Shown: one piece after another, positions 14,301 to 25,340 of the stretch
Layout: the number at the start of each line of letters is the position of its first letter
Position numbering within the stretch: position 1 is the stretch's first letter
Assembly: GCF_024521635.1 (NCBI RefSeq)
Contig: NW_026250419.1
Span: forward strand, 620,001-684,000
DNA length: 64,000 nucleotides
Origin: Tricharina praecox
Taxonomy: Eukaryota
Direction: 5' to 3'
Position numbers and translations under genes: made by a program
Notes under the pieces: generated by a model
What the model saw: only the letters and a program-made list of their open reading frames with translations
What the model was told of the DNA's origin: nothing
The model's database searches: none

Positions 14301-15348
14301 CGATCCCGTCGCTTACTTTTTTACTCGATGCGCCCCACCGCCCCCGTTCACCCCCACGTGCAACGGCGGTTTCTAAATACTCTACATCCATACGCGTTCC
14401 GGCTGGGTTGAAACCTAACCGACCCGCAACTACACATGATACCTGCTACCAAGCTCATGTACAAACGACCGCTCGTCCGTGAACCGTTACGCAGCTTCCA
14501 GGTACATTGCATAGTAAGCAAGCCAATTCGGAAACACGCCTGCCGCAGTGCTGCTGGTATCGTGTCGGCCATCTCCAGTGTTTCCAGTATTTTGATACCT
14601 ACTATACCTACATAAACACCTACATAGCGTATGTAGGGAACAGAATTGAATGCAATCGGCAAAATAAGATCCCCCTGCTCATTTGAGCTTCCCCCTGGAC
14701 CCAGCCCCCCCCTGCCGTTACATACGATGGATCATGGAACGCAGGTGACTGATACCCTGCATCCAGGTAGGTTACAATAGTAAGAAGTAAGTCCGGTACT
14801 ATAGGCAACGGGATCCAGCCCTCTCCTCTCCTACTTTTGCTTTTTTGTATTATTTGCGCCACAGCAAGAGACCCGGCCAGGCTGGCTCGCACTCGCACTT
14901 GCGCTTGCGCGGGCGTTCGTATCCCCCGTCCGACGAGAATCCCTACTCAATCGCGGAAAAGTAAAAAATACCCCCCCTCGCAAAGAGCCGAGAGTGGACT
15001 CCACCAGGTCATAGAAAAATTATCCTGTCCCGACTCCCCGCGTTAGTCAAACGGAATATGAAAAAGAAATCTAAAAATCTAAAAATCTAAAAATCCAAAG
15101 AAATAAAAATCCAAAGAAATAAAATGAGACAAAAATATGATTTGCCAAACCCCAAATCAAGGCTTAATGCAGCCATCATACGATCACAATTCCAATCGCA
15201 ATTGCCATTACAATTACAATTATCAAACAAAAATCCGCACCGCACCTGTCCTTCCAGCGGGTAAAAGTTCGCCGCGGAGGTCGGCGGAGCATGATGAAAT
15301 TGAGAGTAGGATGGATTGACGTAGATCATCTAGATTAAAATATCGCGT

Positions 15349-15441
15349 AACAGCAGCAGCAGCAGGAGCAACAGCAGCAGCAGCAGGAGCAACAGCAGCA
15401 GCAGCAGGAGCAACAGCAGCAACAGCAGTAGGAGGAGCAGC
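15349..15441. repeat. 21-bp CAG-rich minisatellite (AACAGCAGCAGCAGCAGGAGC) x3 plus degenerate copy
   Basis: Read directly from the sequence. Confidence 0.9.
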
Positions 15442-15524
15442 CATTAGGTGCCTAGAATTAAAGTGCAGTGCACTGTGGGTGTTCTACTCTAAGCGTGCGT
15501 TCGTGTGAGCTACAGTCAATATCG

Positions 15525-16225
15525 TAAATACCGTTACCGTAAATACCGTACATACTACATGCCGTCCACACCGTGGTCCGTAAACGCCATCCATACCGTC
15601 TTACATACCGTCGTACGAATATTCCTATATTCATCGTTTCCTCTCGCGCGACGAGGCGAGTCCGGTCAATTCCAGCCTGGTCGAGTTCATCGAGTCGACT
15701 CAAGCAAACCGAATTCTGCGCGCAGCAGCAGCAGCAGGCGATCCCCGCCCGCAGTAAATCTACCGGCTCGAAGGCTGCGTGGCTGGCTGACCGACCCGAC
15801 CCGCCGATGCGGCTCCGTCTCCGTATCCGTCTCCAGTTTTCACGGCGGCGGCGGCGGCGTGTGGCCGGGGTGGTGGTGGTGGTGGTGGTGGTGGACTACT
15901 CTCAACGTGCCTGCGGGCTGGGAGTGGGCAATGGGCCGCAATAAATACCGTTACCGTAAATACCGTACATAGTACATACCGTCGTACCATACCGTCGTAC
16001 AACGGTGCAACGGTACATTCCTATATTCGTCGTATCCTACATTCGTCGTTTCCTCTTGCTCGGTGAGGCGAGCCCAGCCTGGCCGAGTCGAGTCGAGCAA
16101 ACCGAATTCTGCGCGCAGCAAATCTACCGGCTCGGCTTCTGCGTGGCTGCGTGGCTGGCCGACCCGCCGACTCGCCGACCCGCCGCTCCGGTATTGGTTT
16201 TCACGGCGGCGGCGGCGGGGTGGTC
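15525..16225. repeat. Diverged direct duplication, two copies of ~290-350 bp
   Basis: Copies at ~15525-15870 and ~15942-16225 share TAAATACCGTTACCGTAAATACCGTACATA, ATTCCTATATTC, AGCAAACCGAATTCTGCGCGCAGCA, AAATCTACCGGCTCG, GGCTGCGTGGCTGGC and GTTTTCACGGCGGCGGCGGCGG. Confidence 0.9.
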
Positions 16226-17188
16226 GCAGTGGTCACGGTGGATACCACGGGCAAGGCCGAATTTTCGCCTTTTATCTCCTTGTGCAGATTATGTACATGA
16301 CGTACCAGCAGCCGGGCAAATAGTGGATAAGGCTGTAAGTACATGAGTAAATACTTCGGCAGGCAGAACCTCGCGGGCTGCAGGCGTATGTACGCATGGG
16401 ACATACAATGTAGGCAACTTGTAGGTGGATACCTGGTAGATGCCAGATACACGCACGCACGAACAAACGTGAGGGAAGCACTGCACAGCACTGCAATGCC
16501 GGCTTCAAGATACCTTAGGTTTATACTGACGTCATCCAACCGCGTGCGCCAGCAAGCAAGCAAGCACGTATTTTTTCCTTCCTTCCTTCCTATGTACTTG
16601 TGTATGTAGGAAAACCCTAGGTACATGGCTCCTGCAAAGTATATTGTACATGCGTGGTTGGGGAGCATCACCTTCTCGAAGCTAAAAGATTTCTGCACTT
16701 TCTGCACTTTGGTCGGTGGTCTGGTCGGGGGTCGGCCTCTATGTACCTACGTAGTACGTGGTACTTATCTGTAACACTACTACTAGCAATAGTAGGAATA
16801 GTAGTAGACTACTAGGGCCGCAGGGCGATCGCGAATCCGGTCGGCATGTGGATATATGATATATCATATGATATATCAACATAAGTATTTAGATGGTATC
16901 ACTGTCCAATCAGTGGCGACTGTTCAGTGGTCAGCCTCGAGGTACCAAGGCGATACTCTAGTCCCCCCACCCCCCACCCCCCGCCCCCCACCCCACCCCA
17001 CCACCAACTGAGACAGCCCGCGCATTATTGCGCGCATTCGGTCGTGTGTGGTGTGCGAGCGAGCGGAGGCGGGGGTTAATAATCCGACGATCGTAGCCGT
17101 TATTGGCGCTGCCGGCGGGATCCTCCGCGCGCCTCTGCACTCCTCCACAAGCACTCACTCGGCCTCGGCGTGCTCAAAGTTTTCGTGC

Positions 17189-17721
17189 TATATATCTGGG
17201 TATGTAAAGTACTAGGTCAAAAGTTTTCAGGGGGACCGTTTTACACCAAAAATGGCCATTTTCACATGACTAAAACTCATCCTTCGTCTGACGGAAAAAT
17301 ATTGTGTCTTTCACAGACGCCATAGAATCATAAGCCCTCACATATACAAAAGTTGACCGCTTTTAGTCAAGACTGATGGTTTTTAGCGGTGGGTTGTACA
17401 TGACTTGAACAGTGATTTCGCATTTTGTATGGGGCTCCCATACAAAAAGTTGCACGACAACCAGCGAAAACCACAAACTCTTCTCCTAGGCCGCATTGCT
17501 GAACCACAACTGCTTATATTTGCGAGCCTGTTTATTATAAGATATCCTACCCGGTTAGCAAGGACTTCCAATTGCCCAATATTTTTTACAGTGTGTTTGG
17601 GACGCAGAATCTGTGGTTAAAAATGGATAGCCTTGAGACAATGGGACTTGGGTTAGCCGCATAACGTCGCATAAAATATTGATTTCTTTTGGCTGAAAAT
17701 TTTGTCGAAGCTGGATATATA
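17189..17721. mobile_element. Probable decayed non-autonomous inverted-repeat (MITE/foldback-like) element
   Basis: AT-rich island in GC-rich flanks. Ends are TATATATC / GATATATA. Inverted matches: CAAAAGTTTTCAG vs revcomp CAAAATTTTCAG, and CCATTTT-N32/33-AAAAATATTG on both arms. A near-central perfect hairpin TTTTGTATGGG-GCT-CCCATACAAAA lies at 17423-17447. No transposase ORF. Confidence 0.5.
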
Positions 17722-20700
17722 TCTAATCATCTTGTATGCAAGTTTGTATTACTTTATATTGTGTGGTTGTGGTGTTCGAGAGGTCTACATGTGTGGTGTG
17801 GTGGTCTCGTAGGGGCGAGTGGCGATAACTTTTGACCTGGTACTTTACGGATGGCGGCTGACCACCTCCAACCCCCATCTCCCGAGAGGCGAACTGAGAC
17901 TGTGGATTTTGGACTGTGGTTGGTGGACTGTGAGACTCTGAGACTTTGAGGTCGACGCGAAATTCGAATTGAAGACGCATACCGGGTTACCTAGTATGAC
18001 ATTACATTACATAGCATGGCCTTACATGGCCGTACATGGCCTTACATAGCCTAGAATTACATAACATTACATTACATTACATTGCATCAAATGTTCTTTG
18101 CTTTTGACTCAGCGTATGTAAAGAGCAAAACTATGATGGTATGTAGGAAAAAGGTTTTAGCGGCGATAGCCGCACCCACGGGCCACGGAATACCTCGTTC
18201 GTTCGTTCATTAGGTCCTCCCGCGCCTGCCCTGCCTCTACCTGCCCGACTGCCTGCTTGCATGCATGCATGCTCTCTTCTTTTCTTTTCTTTTTGCCTTT
18301 CTTCCCATCCACCCCCGCCCATGCTCGAGGCCGAGTAAGCTGCAGTCGAGTAAAGTGCGTGCGTGCAGTGCCACAGCCTTGCGGTGCAAACCGGGTGTTG
18401 GTGCGATACGGTGTGGTCTGGGTATACCGTATGTAGTATCGATGCGGATGCGGAGACCTCCAGCAGCCAGCGTGTAACGAACTATACGCGCTGTGATCCC
18501 GGCCAAAGTGTCAGTGGCTTCTTGCGCTGCGCATGTGGCGTGTGATGGTGATGCTAAGGCGAGCGGAGGGGGGGGCAATTCGTTGGTCTGATATGTAGAG
18601 TAGATACTAGTAGTAGCAGGAGGAGTTAATGCGGCTGATCGAGAAGTAGTCCATACTTTTTACCTACTACTAGTAATTCCCCGTTGTCTGTTTACTCACC
18701 CACCGATGCACTAATCATGGCTGAAAATGTCCCCCACGGCGGACGGAGGGAGGGAGTGGAGGCCTATTCTTGCAGCGCAGATAGGGAAAGAACGGACCGA
18801 GACGACGACTTATCGAGAGCGAGCTGAGTCCGACTGGAAATATGATCGTCTGCTCGTAATCTCGAGGCTGGGCGGAGCCGGGCTTGCATTGGTGTGCGTG
18901 CTGTGAATACATATCTCGGGGAACACGGCGATGGGACACTGAGTGAGGCAATCTTGAGTGAGTATCCGTATTTCCGGTTACATACGGGTATCCGGAGGTC
19001 TATCAAGGAGAGGGGGATGGAGAGGGGCGTCCGGACTAACTAGTATGCACATAGCAATGCTGACCGAGGCGTGTCTTCCCCACACGATGGTATGTAACTT
19101 AGCTATATACGGCCAAAACCTCGTGAGAGCAACTGAGTAGTCATAACTGCTCCCTTTCCATGTGTGTTCACCGGTGAAACACAGCTCAAAATAGGTTTAG
19201 ATTCGCCGTATAATCCTGCAGTCCCGTTCTGCACCACCAAAACGAATCCAGATATCCGAAAAGCCCAGCGGCGAGGGTGGCTGTTTCAATACTAGTTCAT
19301 GGCAGCAGCAGCAGAAGTAGCAGTAGTAGCAGCAGTAGCAGCAGCAAGCGATTAAGATCTAGTCCTGCGACAAGGCAAGATCTGAAACAAATGCTGTACT
19401 AGGTATGTATGTAGTACAATTGAGGATTGATCGGTCGACCTATTTGAAGCACTTTTTTTTCAGCAGTAGTTAGCTCCCCCGTGAAGCAAAGCGTCTCGGA
19501 AGGCAGGACTCGTTTCCCATCGGAGCTGGAAAGTGGGTCCGATGATCCGTGAGTCCGTCCGTTTCTGTGAGTGTGGCCGACGGACTCAGGTTCTCGCTCC
19601 TCCGCCGTCGTCCTCGTCGTCGTCAAGTTTCTCGTACGCCCACCCACATCATCCCCCCAGGCTCCGCTCCTCGCTCCTCCGCTTCCAACACCTCGGACGG
19701 GTAAGAATGTGCCGGGTTGCCGCCCAGCAAAAATAAAAAAAACACAAAACCGCCGACAGACAACTCGTCGCTGCTTCCATGTCAAGGTAAAAGATTGCGA
19801 ACCAGCCTGAGCTTGCAGCTCGTGAACTCGGCTATCAATTCCTACGCAGGCACCCGGCGCGCTGCGCAGGCCAGACCGGACACTCGAATCAAAGACTGCT
19901 GGCAGCAGGCCCCACCTAGCACCGTACGGTAGGTATCACAGCCTCCATTCGCCGAGCCTGAGGCCTGCAGCCTGCTCCTCCCCCCACCACCACCACCACC
20001 AACACAGCCGCCTACCACCCATTCCTCTCGCCGTTGCGAGCCCTCCCTCCTCTGCGAGTCCGTCAGTCCTCATTCATGCCGTGCCCAAGAATTGTTTCCG
20101 GATTGCCAGGTTCGCTGCCCTGCACTGCACCTACAGCACCAAGGGTCGGCCGCGCTGCTCCTGACCATTTCTCCGGGATCGGCGTTTGCAGAGTGGAATC
20201 GTTTGCAGCCAGCGGTGTAAAAACATGGGGTTTTCCATATTGCAGGTGCTCTGGTGTGCATAATCTCTTTTTTTTCTTCTTTCTCCCTCTCTCTCTGTCT
20301 CTCCCCACAAACAAAAAAATAAAATAAAATAATCGGACGACTGCACCGGATGGTCCGCTGCGAACGTGATGATGATGATGACGATGATGGGTGATGATGA
20401 TGATGCATCCGCCGGCTTCGTTTCCAGAACGATGGCAGTATAGGCCAATCGGCAGCAAGAGTATGGGGGGAGGTAGACAACGTCATCGGAAAAAGGGATC
20501 CGAAAAAGTGTTGGTCTGGTCTGGTCCTGCCGGAGGGCTGGGCTGGTTGGGCTGGTGGACTGAGCTTCGACCACACTGACGGAAGCGGCGAGACGAGAAA
20601 ACGTTCGGTCGAACATCCCGAGCGGATCCAAGCCACGTCACACAGCATCGTGTGGCCATGGGTAGAGGGGAGGGGGGGGGATAAGGGAACGGGGGAGGGG

Positions 20701-23469
20701 GGACGGGGGAGGGGGGATATTCCTGGCCATTCAATCGCGATCTGTCACCAAGGAGGGATCGGGGATCCAGTCAGTGGCCTCAAAGTTTATCGAGCCCAGA
20801 TCTTCGGGTGCTAAGCCCAATCAGTGTACCAAGTAATCTTGGGGTTTTGGGGCTAGCTAACATTGCTCACCCCCCCGGCCGGAATTGCTTCTCGTTCTTT
20901 CTTTCTTCGTTCTAGGTAGCTTTTCCGCTTTTCTAGCTTTCTTTCGTCTTGCCGATTTTCCCTCCAAGTGCAGCAGCTCGTACGTACATACACACATACA
21001 TGCGTAGGGAAAGAAAGAAAGAGGAGCGGTCGGGGAGGGGGGGAGAGCACCCCATCCATCTTCGCCGGCACATATTGACGTGGACGTGAGCTCGAGCAAA
21101 TGCCGTCCGGAATCCAATCGGAACCGAGCCTTTCTTTGGATCTGTTTGTCCTGTTGTCTCCACTTGCCGCAGGCAGGGCCTTCTCCTGGCATTCGCCCTT
21201 CTCGACTACCGCCCCCCCCCCCCCCGCTCCACTCCCTCCCCCCCGCCTCGATCAGCAATCCGAGATCAATGCTGTGTCTTGCTGGAGGAGCTCGTCGAAA
21301 CTCCCGAACACCTGCCAGCATCATACCACCTCCCACCCCCTCCCTCGTGCTCTCGCAAGTGGAGCAGTAGCTGTGGCAGCCTGGCCTAGAACTCGCGCCG
21401 ACTCCTCTGAACACTCTGTCTCTCCTGTGCGCACTCCTGCGCGCACTCCCTCCCCCCTCCCAAGCAGCTGGTTGTCTTTCGTCCGCCAAAGTCACTGTCA
21501 CTTAGAGGCATGGTCGCGAGCTCGGCCGTCGATTGGACGGATGGAAGGGGGGGGGTCGGACATTGCGCGCGGGCTGGTTAGTTTGGCTGGTCTGTGTGGC
21601 GGTAAGTCGATTTGGTATTCGCGGGTATTTGCCGAGTTCTAGAATGCTTACACGCCAGTACCGACCGTAGAGCCCAACCGGTACTTTGCCAAGTCCATGG
21701 CGTAGGGTATCCGCGGTTTGCTACATATGTCTGAGGTACTCGATTCTGGGGATGGGGCTAAGCGAAGATCGATGTCCAAGCACCTCCAACACGACCGTAC
21801 ATAGCGGTCCGGGTAGATGTGTTCCGTTCATTGGAGCGGGGGTGAGGAGAGGGGGGTTGGGAAGAGAGAGGGAGGGGGGAGGCTCAAGCCTTACAGTCGA
21901 CAGTAGCGATGATGGACGGGGTGTGTTCGTAGGAGGGAGAATAGATTATCGCCTGCATACTGGCAGTCCACCGGAGAAGATAGAGATGGCCAGCCCTCTA
22001 GCTAGCCCGTATCCCCACAATCTGGGGAGGAGGGAGGGGGGATGGAAAGGGGCGGGGCGCGAAGGCGTCGCCTGCCACCGCCTGTACGAGGACCACCAAG
22101 TGAGCGAGATGTAAATCCAAGACCATCGGCTAGTGTTTCCATTCAAGCCCGGGCCACGTTGTTGGTGGTTGCTGCGTTGTCTTGGATGTTGTTTTGTTTT
22201 TTTTCAGCCTTGTTCTGACAACGGGGGAAGCTGGGTCAGGGAGCCCTAATATGTACTCTACATACCTCCAGCTCCAGCGAGTCCTGCGAGTCCTGCACAC
22301 CTGCGATCCTAGGACGTTTCAGAAGAACGGACAGGCCAGGGCGGGATCGTCCAATACAAAAATATCCGTACGGGAAGGGCCGACAAACAAAATGAAATGA
22401 ACCGACTCGATCATGCGCGGCCCGATGGTGACCAGGATGGGCAATGACAAACCATCATCTCCTTACTACTGGTAACTCTCAGAGGACTGAGGCCTACTAG
22501 GCCGGAACAGTACATTGATGAAGTGATGATTCCTCTGGCAAGCTGCGAGCTCCATCGAATCCCCCAGGTGGCCGTGGAATGGCATGGGGGGTGTGTGGTT
22601 CTAGGCAAATACAGATACCAGGATAAATAATTCCGGACAGACAGACGTACAGACAGCAGAACATCCATCCATCGAGCTATCTCACGAGTGATAGGCTGGT
22701 TGCGCGTGCTGACGAGACACACATGTTCCAGTTGGCATCTCGAAGACATGCCCCCCTGCACGGCAGAAGACGAGAAATCGAGCATGTCTGCGAGTCCGCG
22801 TCCTGGCGTCGGTCAAACGGTGGTGGTGGTGGTGGTGGTGGTGCAGTGGTGGTGCAGTGGTGGTAATGGTGGAGGGGTGTTTGTGTGACCGTGGACGCTA
22901 AGAATTTTCGTATGGATAGCAACAATGAGACTTCCGCCCGGTGCTGGGATCCGGACGGTGCCACAGGCTTGCAATTGAGGCAGTATGTACAGCTACATGG
23001 AAAACAACAACCCATCCGGAATGAGGAAAGAGGGCAACAGAATGGTACTAGGAAGCCAGATGATGTTTGGGGATGAGACTGTGTCTCTATCGCTCGGATT
23101 CAAATGCGGAGATGCGGAGCAGCTGGAGCAGCCGGAGCACTGGCTGGAGTAGGAGCAACCGGGCTGGTAGCAACAAGCGGGCCCAACAGCGAAGCCCAAG
23201 CCATCCGTAACTCTGCTCCGTTTCTCGCAGGCTCAATGACGACATGCACGCAGGAACACGAGATGTTGGCTTTGGCGGTGAGGAAATCAGCTCGGCCGCC
23301 CAGCCCGTCCGAGTCTGTGGCATCATACACGCCCGAGGAGATGATTGTTTTTTTTTATTAATTTTTTACCTTTTGCAGCGGCCACGTAGGCAAGTCGGGG
23401 GCGTGCGGTGAACGGGAATCTGTTAGAACAAGGTGTCGTAGAATACGCACGCGAAGCCTCGCGAGCGCA

Positions 23470-23540
23470 GAAAAAAGAAAGGAAAAAAAAGAAAGGAAAA
23501 AAAAGAAAGGAAAAAAAGAAAGGAAAAAAGGGAAGGAAAA
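23470..23540. repeat. Purine-rich minisatellite (A6-8 GAAAGG)n
   Basis: Read directly; 4-5 copies. Confidence 0.85.
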
Positions 23541-23775
23541 AGCAAAGGCGAGATTGACAACAAAAGCAAGCCCGATAGTCCAGCGGTGGGTCGGTGTGAA
23601 AGGAGGGAGTAAGTAAGTTTTGTGGTTGTATGTAGGAGGGCAGCCAGCGGTTTCTAGTTAGAGAAGGGCCCCGACTTGCAGGGCAGGTCGCGCGCTAGAA
23701 CGCAGAGTGTATTGGCCGTCAGACAGTGCATATTCAGCGCTGGTATTTGGGGTGGTGGAAGAGGTGGATGTGTTA

Positions 23776-23841
23776 GGTGGTGGTGGTGGTGTAGGAGGTG
23801 GAGGTGGTGGTGGTGGTGGTGGTGGTGGTGGTGGTGGTGGT
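23776..23841. repeat. (GGT)n microsatellite
   Basis: Read directly; interrupted GGT array. Confidence 0.9.
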
Positions 23842-24513
23842 AGTAAGTGGTAGTAGGTGGTAGGAGTCGAACCTGGAGGGGTTGTTTTTTGTTTAATCAT
23901 ACTCGCATAGTCGAATCTGGGGTATCCTTCGAGTCGAGACCGACCGAGGGTGCCCTGCATTCATACGGAGTTTCTGACCAGGGCTGCCAACCATGGCCAG
24001 CGACCAGCAATGCGCTGCTATATCCGCATCCGCATTCACGGGTCTGGTTGCCCAAGCTCGATTTGATCGGTTGTAGATTGCTGGAGTATGTACTAGATTG
24101 CTGGAGTAGATACTTCCACTGCTACTGCTGCTGTCTGCTGCTGCTCTCTGCGTACACTGCTGCACTGCAGCACTGCTGCTGCTGCGCCCTCGATCTCTGA
24201 TCTCTCGCTCACTGTGGCGCATATGTTTGGACAAGACACTTCCTGGCAGGGTCCGAACGTTACTTATTACTAGCGGCTCAAGAGCGCAGCTGCGACAGCG
24301 AACCGCATCCCGACCCTAATAATGGCGTGGTACCTTCGCTCGACTAGTACTCTGGGTACGCTACTACACCACGATATCATTACACCCCACCACTTATGGA
24401 TTGGTTTCGACTTCAACACCCTTGATGCCACGCAGATGCTCTGGCTGTCGGAAAAATTATGAAGGCTCGACCTATGGCGCCCCCCCTCCTCCTCCTCCTC
24501 CTCTCGACATGGC

Positions 24514-24521
24514 TACATAAA
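24514..24521 (+). promoter_or_regulatory. TATA-like element (TACATAAA) upstream of the small Cys4 gene
   Basis: Lies ~280 nt upstream of ATG 24796 and is followed by a C/A-rich, G-poor leader typical of fungal 5' UTRs. Confidence 0.4.
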
Positions 24522-24795
24522 GCCCGCCCTCCTCCCCCGCCTCAGGTTCTTGTTTCCCAGTCCAGCATCAAATCGGCCTCTCAAGCTCAATACCAACTCG
24601 CAAACATCCACTCACACACACTCGTGCTTTCCGCCTTCGATTGTTGCTCGTGTCAGTCCATAACAGCAAGCAACCAATCAACCACCGCCTCAATCCCCAT
24701 CGCAACATCTCCATCGCCTTCCTCTCAGCATCATCCGCAAAAAACCTCCAAGTCCCTACTTCGGAGTCCCATCTGAGCAGCTTCCATCTAGCAAA

Positions 24796-25340
24796 ATGGC
24801 CTTTACTCTAGCTTCCGAGGCCTCGTCCGGCTACTTCAGGTATCGCTGCAAGAATTTCTATACGCACAATTGTGACAACTGGGTCTGGGTGAACAATACC
24901 GCCTGCGCCGAGTGTGTGGTAAGCAACCCTTCCCCATTACCACCTTGCCCTGCCTCTGCGGGAAAGAAGCAGAAGCAGAAGAAGAAAAATAAAAGTGGAA
25001 GGAAACGGTTGAATTCCAGTAGCTAACGAGTTTTTGTTTTTGCCGGAAATAACAGGCTGCGGGCAGAGATGAAGAACAACTTGAATTTGAACTTGAACAT
25101 GAGAGCACGGGTGACTACTGCTACGGCGGCGGTGGCAGCGGTGCCGTAAGCTTGGCCTCGGTGTTGCCGCCTGATGGGGCGGACGTTGGCCGACAATGTC
25201 CGATGACGGCCCGACTCCGGGTGCCGTCGGAACTTTCAATGCTCCGCGCATATAACCATGGCCACGATAACGATTACGAGTACGATGCCCTCATCTTCTC
25301 CGCCACGAATGCTGCTGCCGCCGACGACTGCGAGGCTTAG
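24796..25340 (+). CDS. Small uncharacterised protein (~135 aa) with N-terminal Cys4 motif C-x7-C-x10-C-x2-C (GYFRYRCKNFYTHNCDNWVWVNNTACAECVAAGR)
   Basis: Start context GCAAAATGG. Exon 1 is 24796-24918, followed by a phase-0 intron GTAAGC...GCTAAC...AACAG (24919-25055), then exon 2 at 25056-25340. The motif resembles, from memory and unverified, an uncharacterised family in filamentous ascomycetes. Exon 1 and the start of exon 2 are better supported than the C-terminus. Confidence 0.75.

Noticed and set aside
15349..15441. Regular repeats as a possible CRISPR-like array
   Set aside because: Head-to-tail minisatellite with no unique spacers, in a eukaryotic context.
16261..16280. TTTCGCCTTTTA resembling U5 snRNA loop 1
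   Set aside because: The continuation ACT/ACC and the flanking stem are missing.
24459..24776. 105-aa ORF ending just upstream of the Cys4 gene, as a possible uORF or secreted peptide
   Set aside because: Its ATGs lie upstream of the putative TATA element, and the Leu run comes from a (CTC)n repeat.
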